Positions 20,266 through 29,710 of a stretch of 64,000 bases of DNA are shown one piece after another. The notes beneath the pieces were generated by a model. That model was not told the DNA's origin, ran no database searches, and saw only the letters and a program-made list of their open reading frames with translations. The stretch is from contig OY760183.1 in assembly GCA_963663275.1 (NCBI GenBank), positions 160,001 through 224,000 of the forward strand. The letters are read 5' to 3'. The position numbers were made by a program, and so were the translations under genes. Origin of the DNA: Chloroflexota bacterium (lineage in GTDB: Bacteria; Chloroflexota; UBA11872; VXOZ01). How positions within the stretch are numbered: the first letter of the stretch is position 1; each line of letters starts with the position of its first letter.

Positions 20266-21126
20266 TCACACCGGCTCGCTCGTCCGGTTGATGCGCGCCA
20301 TGATCTCCGAGAGGCGCGACCAGTTTTGCAGCGTCATGGGAAGCACCAACGCGGATTCAACGAACTCCCACGAATAGCTGATGATAGAGAAGATCCTGCC
20401 GACCGTCACGGCCACGTACGCTGCCGCGAACCAGAGATTGAACACGATCAGTCCCAGCAGCACCGTATAGATCGCGCCGTAGACGTAGGCCTCCGTATCT
20501 GACAGCCTGATCTGGATCCGGCGCAGTCTCTGCAAATAGGAGAGAATGCCCACGGGCGACTGTGATTCCAGAAAGCGGACCTGCTGCTCCGTCTGCTGGT
20601 TATAGGCGGCGTTCAGCCGGTAGAAGCGCTTATGGGAAAGTGCGTAGAATCCGATCATCAGCACGGCGGCCGCGAGCGTTGCCAGGAACAAGACGGGATG
20701 AAAGGCGTACAGCACAATCAGCGCAATAATCAACTGCACCACGGACGCCATCACCGCCGGGGCCTCTTCCTCCAGGAAGTCGACCAGCTCGCGGCTCATC
20801 TCCAGTCTGGCGTTCAGCGTGGAAACCGGTATTCCCGCCGAGCGTCCGGTCAAGGCTTCACCGAGTTTGACCCCGATTGTGCCGTAGACGCGCGTATCGT
20901 ATAAGCGGCGCACGACGCTCACGCCAATCAGCGCGGCCAAGACCCCGGCCAGCCGCAGGAGCGCCGTCGGGTCGTCGGCCAGGAGGCCGTCAATGGCGAG
21001 TCCGATGAGCAACGGCGTAAACGCCGTCAGCGCCGTCTCGCAGAGCATGAGGAACCAGGTCAAGCTGATCGGGCGCAAGAACGTCCGCAGCAGCACGCCA
21101 ATGGTGAGCGGCTGATCCTGCAGCAT
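20266..21126 (-). CDS. ABC transporter six-transmembrane domain protein
   Basis: Multi-TM protein with RRLYDTRVYG and SRELVDFLE motifs; no ATPase domain. Confidence 0.75.
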   Translation of the reverse strand: MLQDQPLTIGVLLRTFLRPISLTWFLMLCETALTAFTPLLIGLAIDGLLADDPTALLRLAGVLAALIGVSVVRRLYDTRVYGTIGVKLGEALTGRSAGIPVSTLNARLEMSRELVDFLEEEAPAVMASVVQLIIALIVLYAFHPVLFLATLAAAVLMIGFYALSHKRFYRLNAAYNQQTEQQVRFLESQSPVGILSYLQRLRRIQIRLSDTEAYVYGAIYTVLLGLIVFNLWFAAAYVAVTVGRIFSIISYSWEFVESALVLPMTLQNWSRLSEIMARINRTSEPV

Positions 21127-21138
21127 GGCGCGCGTTCC

Positions 21139-21957
21139 CTAGGCGTTCAGCACGTGCTTCTCGATAGCCACCGCCACGCCGTCTTCCTCGAACGCGGCGG
21201 TGACGAAGTCCGCCGCCGCCTTCACGCGCGGGGCGCCGTTGCCCATCGCCACGCCGAAGCCGGCGGTGCGCACCAGGCTCAGGTCGTTCAGGTTGTCGCC
21301 AATGCCCATCACCTGCGCCAGCGGCACGTCCAGCGCCTCGGCGAGTTGCGTCAGGGCGCGTCCCTTGTTCACGTCCGGATGAATCGCCTCGGTGTAGTAG
21401 GGGTGGGACTTGGTGATGCCCAGGCGGCCGCCAAAGTGGGCGCTGAGTTCCTCGACCAGGCGGTCGGTCTTGTCTTCATCGAGATTCACCAGCACCAGCT
21501 TGCTGGAGGGATTGTCCGCCAGGAAGTCCGCCAGGTCCGGCACCACGGTGGCCTCCACGTTGGCAATGCGCATGTAGACCTCCGCTTCCGGCGTCAGGGA
21601 TTCCACGTGCAGGCGGTCGTCCACGAAAGCGTTTACCTGGATGCGCCGCGCCCGCGCCAGTTCCACCACCTCCCGCGCCAGCGCCGTGGGCACGGCCAAA
21701 TGGAAAGTCGTCTCGCCGCTCACCGGATGGCGCACCAGCCCGCCCTGGTAGCAAATGAGCGGGGCGGTGATGTTAAGCTCCTGGGCAAAGGGGACCATGG
21801 CCGCGAACATGCGCCCGCTGGCCAGGGTGACCGTCACGCCTTGCGCCTGGGCCGCGGCGATGGCCCGCTTGACGCGCGGCGCGATGGTGAGCCGCTCGTC
21901 GATGAGCGTGCCGTCCAGGTCGATGGCGATCAGCCGGATTTCGCGAGCGGCGCTCAT
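21139..21957 (-). CDS. Cof-type HAD-IIB hydrolase
   Basis: DLDGTL, ASGR, VNKG, GDNLNDL and VAMGN motifs. Confidence 0.92.
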   Translation of the reverse strand: MSAAREIRLIAIDLDGTLIDERLTIAPRVKRAIAAAQAQGVTVTLASGRMFAAMVPFAQELNITAPLICYQGGLVRHPVSGETTFHLAVPTALAREVVELARARRIQVNAFVDDRLHVESLTPEAEVYMRIANVEATVVPDLADFLADNPSSKLVLVNLDEDKTDRLVEELSAHFGGRLGITKSHPYYTEAIHPDVNKGRALTQLAEALDVPLAQVMGIGDNLNDLSLVRTAGFGVAMGNGAPRVKAAADFVTAAFEEDGVAVAIEKHVLNA

Positions 21958-22790
21958 GCGTACAGCCCCCGCACGATGTCCATGTTGGCTTGGTCGGGAC
22001 CCTTGTCGTCGAACCCGGGCACTTCCAGCACGGCGCAGGTGTCGCTCAGCGCCTCATGGTTGACGATGTAACGGAACGCTTCCAGCCCGATGTGGCCTTC
22101 GCCGATGTTCTCGTGGCGGTCCCTCTGGGCGTTGAACGGGACTTTGGAGTCGTTGAGGTGGAAGGCGGCCAGACGCTCCAGCCCGAATTCCGCGTCGATT
22201 TCCGCCAGCATGGCGTCGAAGCCCTCCGCCGTCTCCACGTGATAGCCGGAGGCGAAGGCGTGGGCGGTGTCCACGCAGAGCTTGATGCGCTCGTGGTTGC
22301 CGCACGCGCGCAGGATCGTGCCCAGGTCGGCGAAGTTCGAGCCGATGTTGCCGCCGGAACCGGCGCTATTCTCCAGCAGGAGCGGCACGCTGTCCGAGGC
22401 GTCCAGCGCCGCGCCGATGGCGGCCTCGATCCGCGGCAAGGCCTGGTCGAGACCGTCGCCCATGTGGCTGCCGACGTGGGTAATGACGCCGGCGGCGCCA
22501 AGCAAGTCGCCCGTTTGCAGTTGGAACGTGAGCGTCATCACCGACTTTTCGTAGTTTTCCGGCTTGGGCGAGCCGGTGTTGATGAGATACTGGGTGTGGA
22601 AATAGGCGGGCATGGGGGTTTCGGCGTTGGCGGCCTTGTAGGCGGCCACGTGCTCGTCCTTGGGCAGCGCGCGCTGCCAGCCGCGCGGGTTGGCGCTGAA
22701 GATCTGCATGCATTCGCACCCCAGGTCCGCGGCCCGGGCAAACGCGGTGGCAATGCCGCCGGTGGTGCGCACGTGGGCGCCAAGTCGCAT
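21954..22790 (-). CDS. nfo: Endonuclease IV
   Basis: GAH, LLENSAG, CVDTAHAFASG, HLNDSK and DRHENIGEG motifs. Confidence 0.93.
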   Translation of the reverse strand: MRLGAHVRTTGGIATAFARAADLGCECMQIFSANPRGWQRALPKDEHVAAYKAANAETPMPAYFHTQYLINTGSPKPENYEKSVMTLTFQLQTGDLLGAAGVITHVGSHMGDGLDQALPRIEAAIGAALDASDSVPLLLENSAGSGGNIGSNFADLGTILRACGNHERIKLCVDTAHAFASGYHVETAEGFDAMLAEIDAEFGLERLAAFHLNDSKVPFNAQRDRHENIGEGHIGLEAFRYIVNHEALSDTCAVLEVPGFDDKGPDQANMDIVRGLYA

Positions 22791-22964
22791 AGATGTATCC
22801 CTTCGTGAACGTTACTGGAGGGGAAAGACGGTCGGGCGGTTGACTGTGACCATTATAGCAAAGCCGGAGTTGCGGTGACGCTATAATGTGGAGTGAGGGT
22901 TTGGCCGCCGGCGCCACGGTGGCATTTGCCGGTGGCGGCAAGAGGCGGGGATGGCAACCGGTCA

Positions 22965-23237
22965 CGTAGGGGCGGTTCGCGAACCGCCCCTACCGCACGG
23001 CACGATGCGGAGGACGAGCACCCGCCCAACGGGAGCGGCCCGGCCCTCGGGTAGCCCGGCCCTCCGGTAGCGCAGGTTTGTAACCTGCGTCCGTTGCGCT
23101 GGCGGGGGACAAGCACCCGCGCTACGTGTCGTGTTGGAGAATCATAAGGGCGGGAGAGGCAACCGGTCCCCGTAGGGGCGGTTCGCGAACCGCCCCTACC
23201 GCACGGCGCAATGCGGGGGACAAGCCCCCGCGCTACG
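22965..23237. repeat. REP cluster including GTAGGGGCGGTTCGCGAACCGCCCCTAC
   Basis: Perfect palindromes at 22966 and 23172 plus copies of two other GTAG families. Confidence 0.85.
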
Positions 23238-23307
23238 AAATCTATGCTGAACGGGAAACCATGATGCGATTCCGGGCCTTGAAGGCGCGAAGGAGAGATG
23301 CGGCTAC

Positions 23308-25761
23308 ATGCGGAACATCTTGAGCGGTCTCCTGGGCGGTCGTGACGAGGATGACGTTACGCTAGCGGAACGTCCGGCGCAGCGCGACCCCGCCGACGCC
23401 GGCGGGCTGTTGCGCGACCTGGGCGGCGGCGTACTGCTCTACGAGCATGCGTTCGTCCTCGGCGCCGGCGCCTACCGCCGCCGCCAGCCGCCGCTCTCCC
23501 TGGAACTGGAGCGCGGCGAGGACACGGCCTACGGCGACGTTCCCAGCCAGTTCGACGGCTGGGACGGCGCGCGCAGCTTTGCCGGCGCCGTGCCCCGGGA
23601 GCGCGAGGTCTTTCGCCACTGCACGCCCCGCATGACCGCGACCCTGCGGCAGATGGCGCACGTGTTGCGCGGCGCGTCCGCCAACCCTTCCCTGTTGCTC
23701 ACCGGGCCCACCGGCTGCGGCAAGACGACCCTGGCCAAGACCTTCTGCTACCTGGCAAACGAGCCGTGCGTCGAAATCACGTTCAGCGGCGATACCGCGC
23801 TCAGCGATTTCTACCAGTCGGTGGAGGTCGTCACCCAGGCCGGCAGCCAGGCGCACAGCACGGCCACCGTGCTCGGCCCGGCGGTGGACGCCATGCTCAC
23901 CGGCAAGAAACTGCTGCTCAACGAGGTGAACATCATTCCCCAGGACCTGCTGAGCGTCTTCACCCAGGCGCTGGACGCGCGCCAGGTGACGCTCTCCGGC
24001 AGCGAGTGGGGCAACGTGACCGTGCCGGTGCATCCGCAATTCGGCGTCATCGCCACCGCCAACCCCAACTATACCGGCACGCTGGAAATCGGCGTCACGT
24101 GGGAACGGCGCTTTGGTCACGGCACCGGCAACGTGGCCATGGACTTCCTGCCGCCGGAGGAAGAGGCCGAGGCCGTGGGGCATGAACTGCGGCGCGTGGC
24201 GGCGGTGGCGCAAGTGGGCGCTATGCCGCCAAGCGAGGCGTGCGCGGCGGTGGCCGCGGCGGCCGCGGCACTGCGCAGCCACCCGGAACTCGGCGGCATC
24301 ATGCGCGACCGGGTTTCCACCCGTTCATTGGTGCACTGGCTCAGCGTGTGCGCGCTGACGGGGTTTGCGCTGGCGGCGGTGGCGCGGGACGCCGTCCTCA
24401 CTCTGGCGCCGCCGGAAGCGCGGCAGGAGGCCGCCGACCTCATCGAGAAGACGCTGCGCGGCGTTACCTGGCCGGCCCGCGCCCAGCGCCGGGTGAGCGG
24501 CGTGCTGCTGCCGGAGATCACGGTACCGGAGGAGAGCGTGGTCCCGCTGGCAGGCGTGGCCGAGGCGCGCCTGCCCTTCGCGCCGCCCGCCGACGAAACA
24601 GGCCGGGACGGCGGCCTGGAGCACGAGGTCTACCAGCCGCTGGAAAGCGATGCGCCCGGCGGACAACCGGCGCTGGCGCGTTACCGTTGCACGCTGCCCG
24701 ACGGCGCCCGCCTGGAACTGCGCGAACCGCTCTACACCTGGGACGGCAACCCCATGGCCCTGGGCCTGCGCCTGCGGGCGTGGGATCCAAACGGGTTCGA
24801 GATTACGGAACCGGCGCGGCTGGAGGCGCTGGAGGCGGAGTTGGGCGACACCTACGGCGTCACGGTGCCCCGGCCGATCGGCAACATACCCTCCGGCGGC
24901 GCGGCGCTGCCATGCCTGACCCGCTCCGGTTGGACCGCGCTGCGCCTGCTGGAGGCGGCCCTGGCGCTGGACCGTCCGGTCTATATCAAAGGCCCGCCCG
25001 GCAGCGGCAAGTCGGCGCTGGCGCGCACCCTGGCCCGGCTGCGGCAGACGCCGCTGGTGGAACTCTCGTTTACGGGCGAGACCTCCAAGCACGACCTGCT
25101 CGTCAGCCGCCGCCTGCGCACGGGTGAGACCCAGTGGACGGTGCAGGCCTTCCTGGAAGCGGTGCTGAAGGGCTACCTGGTGCTGGTGAACGACTACAAC
25201 CTGGCCTACTCGGACGTGCACTCGCTCCTGAACAGTCTCTTCGACAAAGGGCGGCGCGTTACGCTGCCGGACGGGCGCACGGTGACGGCGCACCCGGGCT
25301 TTCGTCTGGTTGCCACCGGGCAGCCGGAAGGCCCGGGCGTGAAGCCGCTCAACGAGGGGGTGGAGAATCGCTTCGGCGCGATTCTGGAACTGGCGTACCC
25401 CTCGGCCGGCGAGGAACTGGCAATCCTGGGCAACGTGGGACGCGGCCTGCCCGCGCCCACGCTGCGCGCGGTGGTGGATTTCGTGGGTCAATGCCGCCGC
25501 TGGGCCGCCGGCATGGCGCCCGCGGACGTGGAACAGGAGGCGATCTGGCAGGACGCGGTCTCGCCTGAGTTGATCGCGTCTGTGGCGGCGGCCGGCAACT
25601 GGAGCACGGCGGAACTGGTGGCCCTGGCGCGGGACGCGGACGACGGCGCGGCCCTGGTGGCACGGTTCCAGGAGGGCGTGCTCTCGGCGGCCGCCCCCGC
25701 CACCCGCCGCATCCTGGAGGCGCTGCTGCTGCAATATAACGTGACCACGGAAGCGCCGTAG
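23308..25761 (+). CDS. Tandem MoxR/CbbQ-like (AAA_5) double AAA+ ATPase
   Basis: Two Walker A motifs (GPTGCGKT, GPPGSGKS), sensor motifs IATANP and VATGQP, Arg-finger motifs ERRF and ENRF. Confidence 0.8.
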   Translation: MRNILSGLLGGRDEDDVTLAERPAQRDPADAGGLLRDLGGGVLLYEHAFVLGAGAYRRRQPPLSLELERGEDTAYGDVPSQFDGWDGARSFAGAVPREREVFRHCTPRMTATLRQMAHVLRGASANPSLLLTGPTGCGKTTLAKTFCYLANEPCVEITFSGDTALSDFYQSVEVVTQAGSQAHSTATVLGPAVDAMLTGKKLLLNEVNIIPQDLLSVFTQALDARQVTLSGSEWGNVTVPVHPQFGVIATANPNYTGTLEIGVTWERRFGHGTGNVAMDFLPPEEEAEAVGHELRRVAAVAQVGAMPPSEACAAVAAAAAALRSHPELGGIMRDRVSTRSLVHWLSVCALTGFALAAVARDAVLTLAPPEARQEAADLIEKTLRGVTWPARAQRRVSGVLLPEITVPEESVVPLAGVAEARLPFAPPADETGRDGGLEHEVYQPLESDAPGGQPALARYRCTLPDGARLELREPLYTWDGNPMALGLRLRAWDPNGFEITEPARLEALEAELGDTYGVTVPRPIGNIPSGGAALPCLTRSGWTALRLLEAALALDRPVYIKGPPGSGKSALARTLARLRQTPLVELSFTGETSKHDLLVSRRLRTGETQWTVQAFLEAVLKGYLVLVNDYNLAYSDVHSLLNSLFDKGRRVTLPDGRTVTAHPGFRLVATGQPEGPGVKPLNEGVENRFGAILELAYPSAGEELAILGNVGRGLPAPTLRAVVDFVGQCRRWAAGMAPADVEQEAIWQDAVSPELIASVAAAGNWSTAELVALARDADDGAALVARFQEGVLSAAAPATRRILEALLLQYNVTTEAP

Positions 25762-25951
25762 CGCGGGGGCTTGTCCCCCGCCTGCATTGCGAACGCAGGT
25801 TACAAACCTGCGCTACCGGACAACCGAACCATCATCGTAGCGCGGGGGCTTGTCCCCCGCATCAGAACGTGCGGTAGGGGCGGTTCGCGAACCGCCCCTA
25901 CGTGGGGCAGTTGCCTCCCACAGTAGTGAGAACGCGATAGTTAGGGGAACC

Positions 25952-27949
25952 ATGGCATCCACCGGAACGGCGAACGCGGCGGCGCGGGCGGAGGCCCGCG
26001 TGCGCGAAACGCGCTACACCCACGGCGAGGTGGTGGCGCTGGCGCGCCTGATCCTGCGCGACGCGCGCCTGAACGTCGTCTCCGGCAGCGAGTGGGCCTA
26101 CATTGCCCGGGGGCGCACCCTGACCTATCCGGCGCGGGTGCTGCACACCTGGCCCGGCACCAGCGTCGTCGGCGCGATCTGCCAGCAGATGGCGGAAGCC
26201 CAGCACACCGGCGAGATGGGCGCGCGGGCGCTCCAGAGCTTTGCCCGCATCGCGCCGCTGGCGTTCGCCGACGTCATGCCGTTCGCCCGCTTCGTGAACG
26301 AACTGCGCGTGAACCGCATGCACCTGGAACGCCGCCCCGGCTCGGCGCGCTTCCTGCGTGCGCTCTATGCCGACAATCCGCAATGGTCGTCGGTCCGGCG
26401 GCGCAGCACCCCCCTGCGGGAGCAGGTGCAGCAGGGCCTGCTGGACCGCTGGCGCGGCGAAGTGTGGCCGGAGAGCGCGGGCGCGCCGGAGATTGGCGGC
26501 ACGGCGCGCCGCTACGTGGACGTGCTCTGGCCCGGCGTGCGCGACGCGCTGCTGCGTGATTCCCTGCCGCAGATGCTGGACGTGCTCTCCCGCCGCATGC
26601 TGCCGCTGCTGGACGACCTGGTGGCGGAAGACGCCCGGCGCGCCCGGGACCGGCCGGAAACCGAACGGCCCACGCCTGAAGAAGACCCCGACGCGGAGGA
26701 TGCGGCCGAGGTTCTGGGAGAACTGCGCATCGAGGCGGGTAACGCCGCCGACGCCGGCTCGTCCGCCAAGCGGGAAGAGACTGGGATGCAGGATCCTGAG
26801 GCCCCCACGGCGGACGCCGACCCGGTGCCGGCTTCCCCGGAAGAAGACGGCGGCCCGGCCAAAGTGGAGGGCGGCCCCAACGAGCAGTCCGAGTTGCGCC
26901 AGGACGACGACCCGGCCGCGCGGCGGCGCGACCGCCCGCAAGGCCCGCCGCGCCTGATCGACCCGCGCATGTTCAAGGCGCGGCCCGGCGCGCTCAATCC
27001 CATGCCGCGCACCATCGTGCAGGGCCTCGGCGCGCGGCCGGCCGCGCCCAAGACGGACTACGAAAACTTCGACTACCGCGCGGCCGCGCGGCGGCTGGAA
27101 CCGGCGATCCGCCGCTCGCTGGACGGCGAGGCCGGCCGGCGGGGTCTCAAGGAGATCATGATGCGCCGCCGCTTTGGCACGGTGGAACCGGGGCGGCGCC
27201 CCCGCCGCCGGCGCGGCGGCGACAGCGGCGAAATCGATACCGACCACGTGGAACGCCTGGTGGTCGCGCCGGAACAGGCCTTTCTCAAGGGCGTGCGCGC
27301 GCCCCGGGCGGACCACCAGAAGGACTTTGCCGCAATCATCCTGATGGACGTCAGCGGCAGCATGGTGGCGAAAGGCTACTCCACGCGCAAGTTCGACCAC
27401 ACCGTGGACGCCGCCATCATCTTCTCCGAAATCCACGAGCGGCTGCGCATCCCCTACCAGATGATGGCGTTCTCCGAGGAGGTCTGGAACCTGCGCGCGT
27501 TCGACGAATGCCGGTTCGCGACCCAGGTGGTGGCCAACGAGCGCACCTACACGCCGCCGGACCTGAGCGGCGTCTTCCGCGCGATGTACGAGCAGCCCCA
27601 CAAGAAGACGGACGACGCCGGCGCTCTGCGCCAGGCGGTGGCGGACGTGCAGCAGCAGAAGGGATTCAAGACTATACTGGTCTTAACCGACGGCATCTCG
27701 TCCAACCGGCGCAAACTGCAAGAGGTGCTGCTGGGCGTGGAACGGCGCAACGGCATGATGAGCGCCGGCGACGGCCTGGGTATCATCGTGTTTGGCATCG
27801 GCGTGCCCGGCGACGCGCTGCATGAGTCCTACGTGGGACAGGCCGGCGGCAAATTCCTGCGCTGCCTGCAAACGGTGGTGGTTCCCGACGTGGCGCGGCT
27901 GCCGCGCATGATACAGACGACGATCGAGCGCCGCATTCGCGGCGTATGA
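25952..27949 (+). CDS. VWA (MIDAS) domain protein, CobT/NorD/CbbO-like
   Basis: Acidic linker, then DVSGSM, TDD and LTDG MIDAS elements; directly downstream of the AAA+ gene. Confidence 0.8.
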   Translation: MASTGTANAAARAEARVRETRYTHGEVVALARLILRDARLNVVSGSEWAYIARGRTLTYPARVLHTWPGTSVVGAICQQMAEAQHTGEMGARALQSFARIAPLAFADVMPFARFVNELRVNRMHLERRPGSARFLRALYADNPQWSSVRRRSTPLREQVQQGLLDRWRGEVWPESAGAPEIGGTARRYVDVLWPGVRDALLRDSLPQMLDVLSRRMLPLLDDLVAEDARRARDRPETERPTPEEDPDAEDAAEVLGELRIEAGNAADAGSSAKREETGMQDPEAPTADADPVPASPEEDGGPAKVEGGPNEQSELRQDDDPAARRRDRPQGPPRLIDPRMFKARPGALNPMPRTIVQGLGARPAAPKTDYENFDYRAAARRLEPAIRRSLDGEAGRRGLKEIMMRRRFGTVEPGRRPRRRRGGDSGEIDTDHVERLVVAPEQAFLKGVRAPRADHQKDFAAIILMDVSGSMVAKGYSTRKFDHTVDAAIIFSEIHERLRIPYQMMAFSEEVWNLRAFDECRFATQVVANERTYTPPDLSGVFRAMYEQPHKKTDDAGALRQAVADVQQQKGFKTILVLTDGISSNRRKLQEVLLGVERRNGMMSAGDGLGIIVFGIGVPGDALHESYVGQAGGKFLRCLQTVVVPDVARLPRMIQTTIERRIRGV

Positions 27950-28134
27950 ATGAGAAATCATTCGGTCCGGTAGCCGTTCGCGGTGAGCACGTCGAACCGT
28001 GAACGACCCTTCGACAGGCTCAGGGCGGACGGGGAAGTAGGTTTGGGGCGAACGGAGGAGCAGGTCTGGGGCGAACGGATGACACTACGTGGCAGAATCT
28101 TTGCAAACATCCTCTGGGTGAAAAGGAGTGTGCG

Positions 28135-28905
28135 GTGAGGCCCGGTATCCAGCGCAATGATAGCGACCAACTGCCGTGGGGTATGCGCGCGGTGTTGCTG
28201 GTGTGGTTGCTCTGGCTCGTGTTAGCGTTCATTGGCCGGACGCTGCTCGACCTGTACGTAGCGTTCGCGCCGCTGCGCTACCTGGGCGGCGCCAGCCCAC
28301 TGACGTTGCGCGGCACCAGCCTTGCTCCCGGCTACATGGTCGCCGGTGTGTTGCTCGTCCCCATACTCGTCGCGGCCGCCATTGCCTTGCGCCTGGTGGC
28401 GCGCCGCTACGCCGGCGCTCCCCTGGAGGCGCTGGCGTTTACGCGGCTGAATCCCGTGTGGATGTTGGCGGCGGTGGTGCTGGTGGGCGTGCTGCTGGCG
28501 TTTCTGCTGCGGTTCGCCCTGGGCTGGTCGAACTACCCGCTGCCGCTGCTGGAGCCGCCCGCCGGCTTCTTCTCCGCGCTCGACGTGGCGCTGTACTGCG
28601 TGAGCGTGCCGCTCACGGCGCTGCTGGCGGGGGCGCTGGTATTTGGATTCTGCTATCCGGCGCTGGTGGGGCGCTTGGGCGTCTGGCCAGGCGGGTTCGC
28701 CTGCGCCGTAGGCTTCGCGCTGCCGCAACTTGCCGCCCAGGGCGTCTACTGGCAACCGGCGGCGGCGCTGCTGGCGATGGGAGCTTACCTGACCGCGGTG
28801 CGCTGGCGCGCGGATTCGGCCTACACCGCTACGCTGGGCTATACCGGCGTTGCCGTCTATCTCGCGCTCTCGGCGGCCGTGTCGGAAATGGCCGCGGCGG
28901 CATAA
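28135..28905 (+). CDS. CPBP/Abi (CAAX protease)-like membrane protein, catalytic motifs degenerate
   Basis: Multi-TM topology; AGALVFGFCYPAL, FALPQ and RWRADSAY occupy the positions of EExxFRG, FxxxH and RTGSL; AAGGAG RBS. Confidence 0.55.
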   Translation: MRPGIQRNDSDQLPWGMRAVLLVWLLWLVLAFIGRTLLDLYVAFAPLRYLGGASPLTLRGTSLAPGYMVAGVLLVPILVAAAIALRLVARRYAGAPLEALAFTRLNPVWMLAAVVLVGVLLAFLLRFALGWSNYPLPLLEPPAGFFSALDVALYCVSVPLTALLAGALVFGFCYPALVGRLGVWPGGFACAVGFALPQLAAQGVYWQPAAALLAMGAYLTAVRWRADSAYTATLGYTGVAVYLALSAAVSEMAAAA

Positions 28906-28918
28906 ACTCGAACCGTTT

Positions 28919-29022
28919 TGCCGACGACCCCGGCCACTTGGCCGAAGGCCCTGGCCGCCTGGCCGACGACCCCGACCGCTTGGCCGAAGGCCCTGGAACC
29001 TGGCCGAAGACCCCCGGCCGCC
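28919..29022 (+). repeat. ~21-bp tandem repeat (TGGCCGA.G.CCC.GGCC) x5
   Basis: Seen directly between two convergent stop codons. Confidence 0.8.
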
Positions 29023-29432
29023 TAGCCGTCGGCGTGCTGCCAGAGATAGCGGCCGGTAGCGCAGGCCACCACCACAAAGAGCGGATCGATAATCGCCCAG
29101 ATGGTCTGGCTGACGACGCTCTGCGCGTCAGTCTCCAGGTTCAGGAAGTCGAACCAGTTCCAGAAGAACCACAGGGCCAACAAGAGGGTTATCCACAAGG
29201 CCGCGTTGGCCGCCAGGCGCGCGGATCCGCTGGCTTCATCAGCGGCGCGCACGCGCCGCGCGTGCACCCCCAACGCCGCCACGATGCCCACGGCCATGAA
29301 CCAGTCCAGCACACCCCACACCGCGATGGGATCGACGACCTCCCGATAGAATGACGAAAACATGAAGTGCGCCGCCACCACCAGGGCTGCGGCCATGAGA
29401 TACACCGCAAGCGCCTTCTTTGCCACGTCCAT
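29022..29432 (-). CDS. Hypothetical 4-TM membrane protein
   Basis: Four hydrophobic segments; AAGGAA RBS-like sequence upstream. Confidence 0.7.
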   Translation of the reverse strand: MDVAKKALAVYLMAAALVVAAHFMFSSFYREVVDPIAVWGVLDWFMAVGIVAALGVHARRVRAADEASGSARLAANAALWITLLLALWFFWNWFDFLNLETDAQSVVSQTIWAIIDPLFVVVACATGRYLWQHADG

Positions 29433-29487
29433 GCGCGCCGTTCCTTTCTATAGTCGAAACCCACTTCGTAGCGCGGAGGCTTATGCT

Positions 29488-29657
29488 CAAAGCCGTCGCA
29501 TTAACTTCTGACTCAGGTAACCACGGCGAATCCGCGCTCTTAATGCGCTTCACCTGGGGTCAACGCGGTGTAGGGGCACGACATGTCGTGCCCCTACACC
29601 GCGTGCCAAGCCGTGTAGAGGCTCTTAGTCGTGACCTCCACTTTTGCGACAGCATTG
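29488..29657. mobile_element. MITE-C copy
   Basis: CAAAGCCGTCGCATTAA..TGCGACAGCATTG ends; central REP; inverted homolog of 13427-13601. Confidence 0.75.
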
Positions 29658-29710
29658 AAACTCGTACCCGACCTCCCGGCCCCGTATCCACGCGCTCTTG
29701 AGCCAAACGT

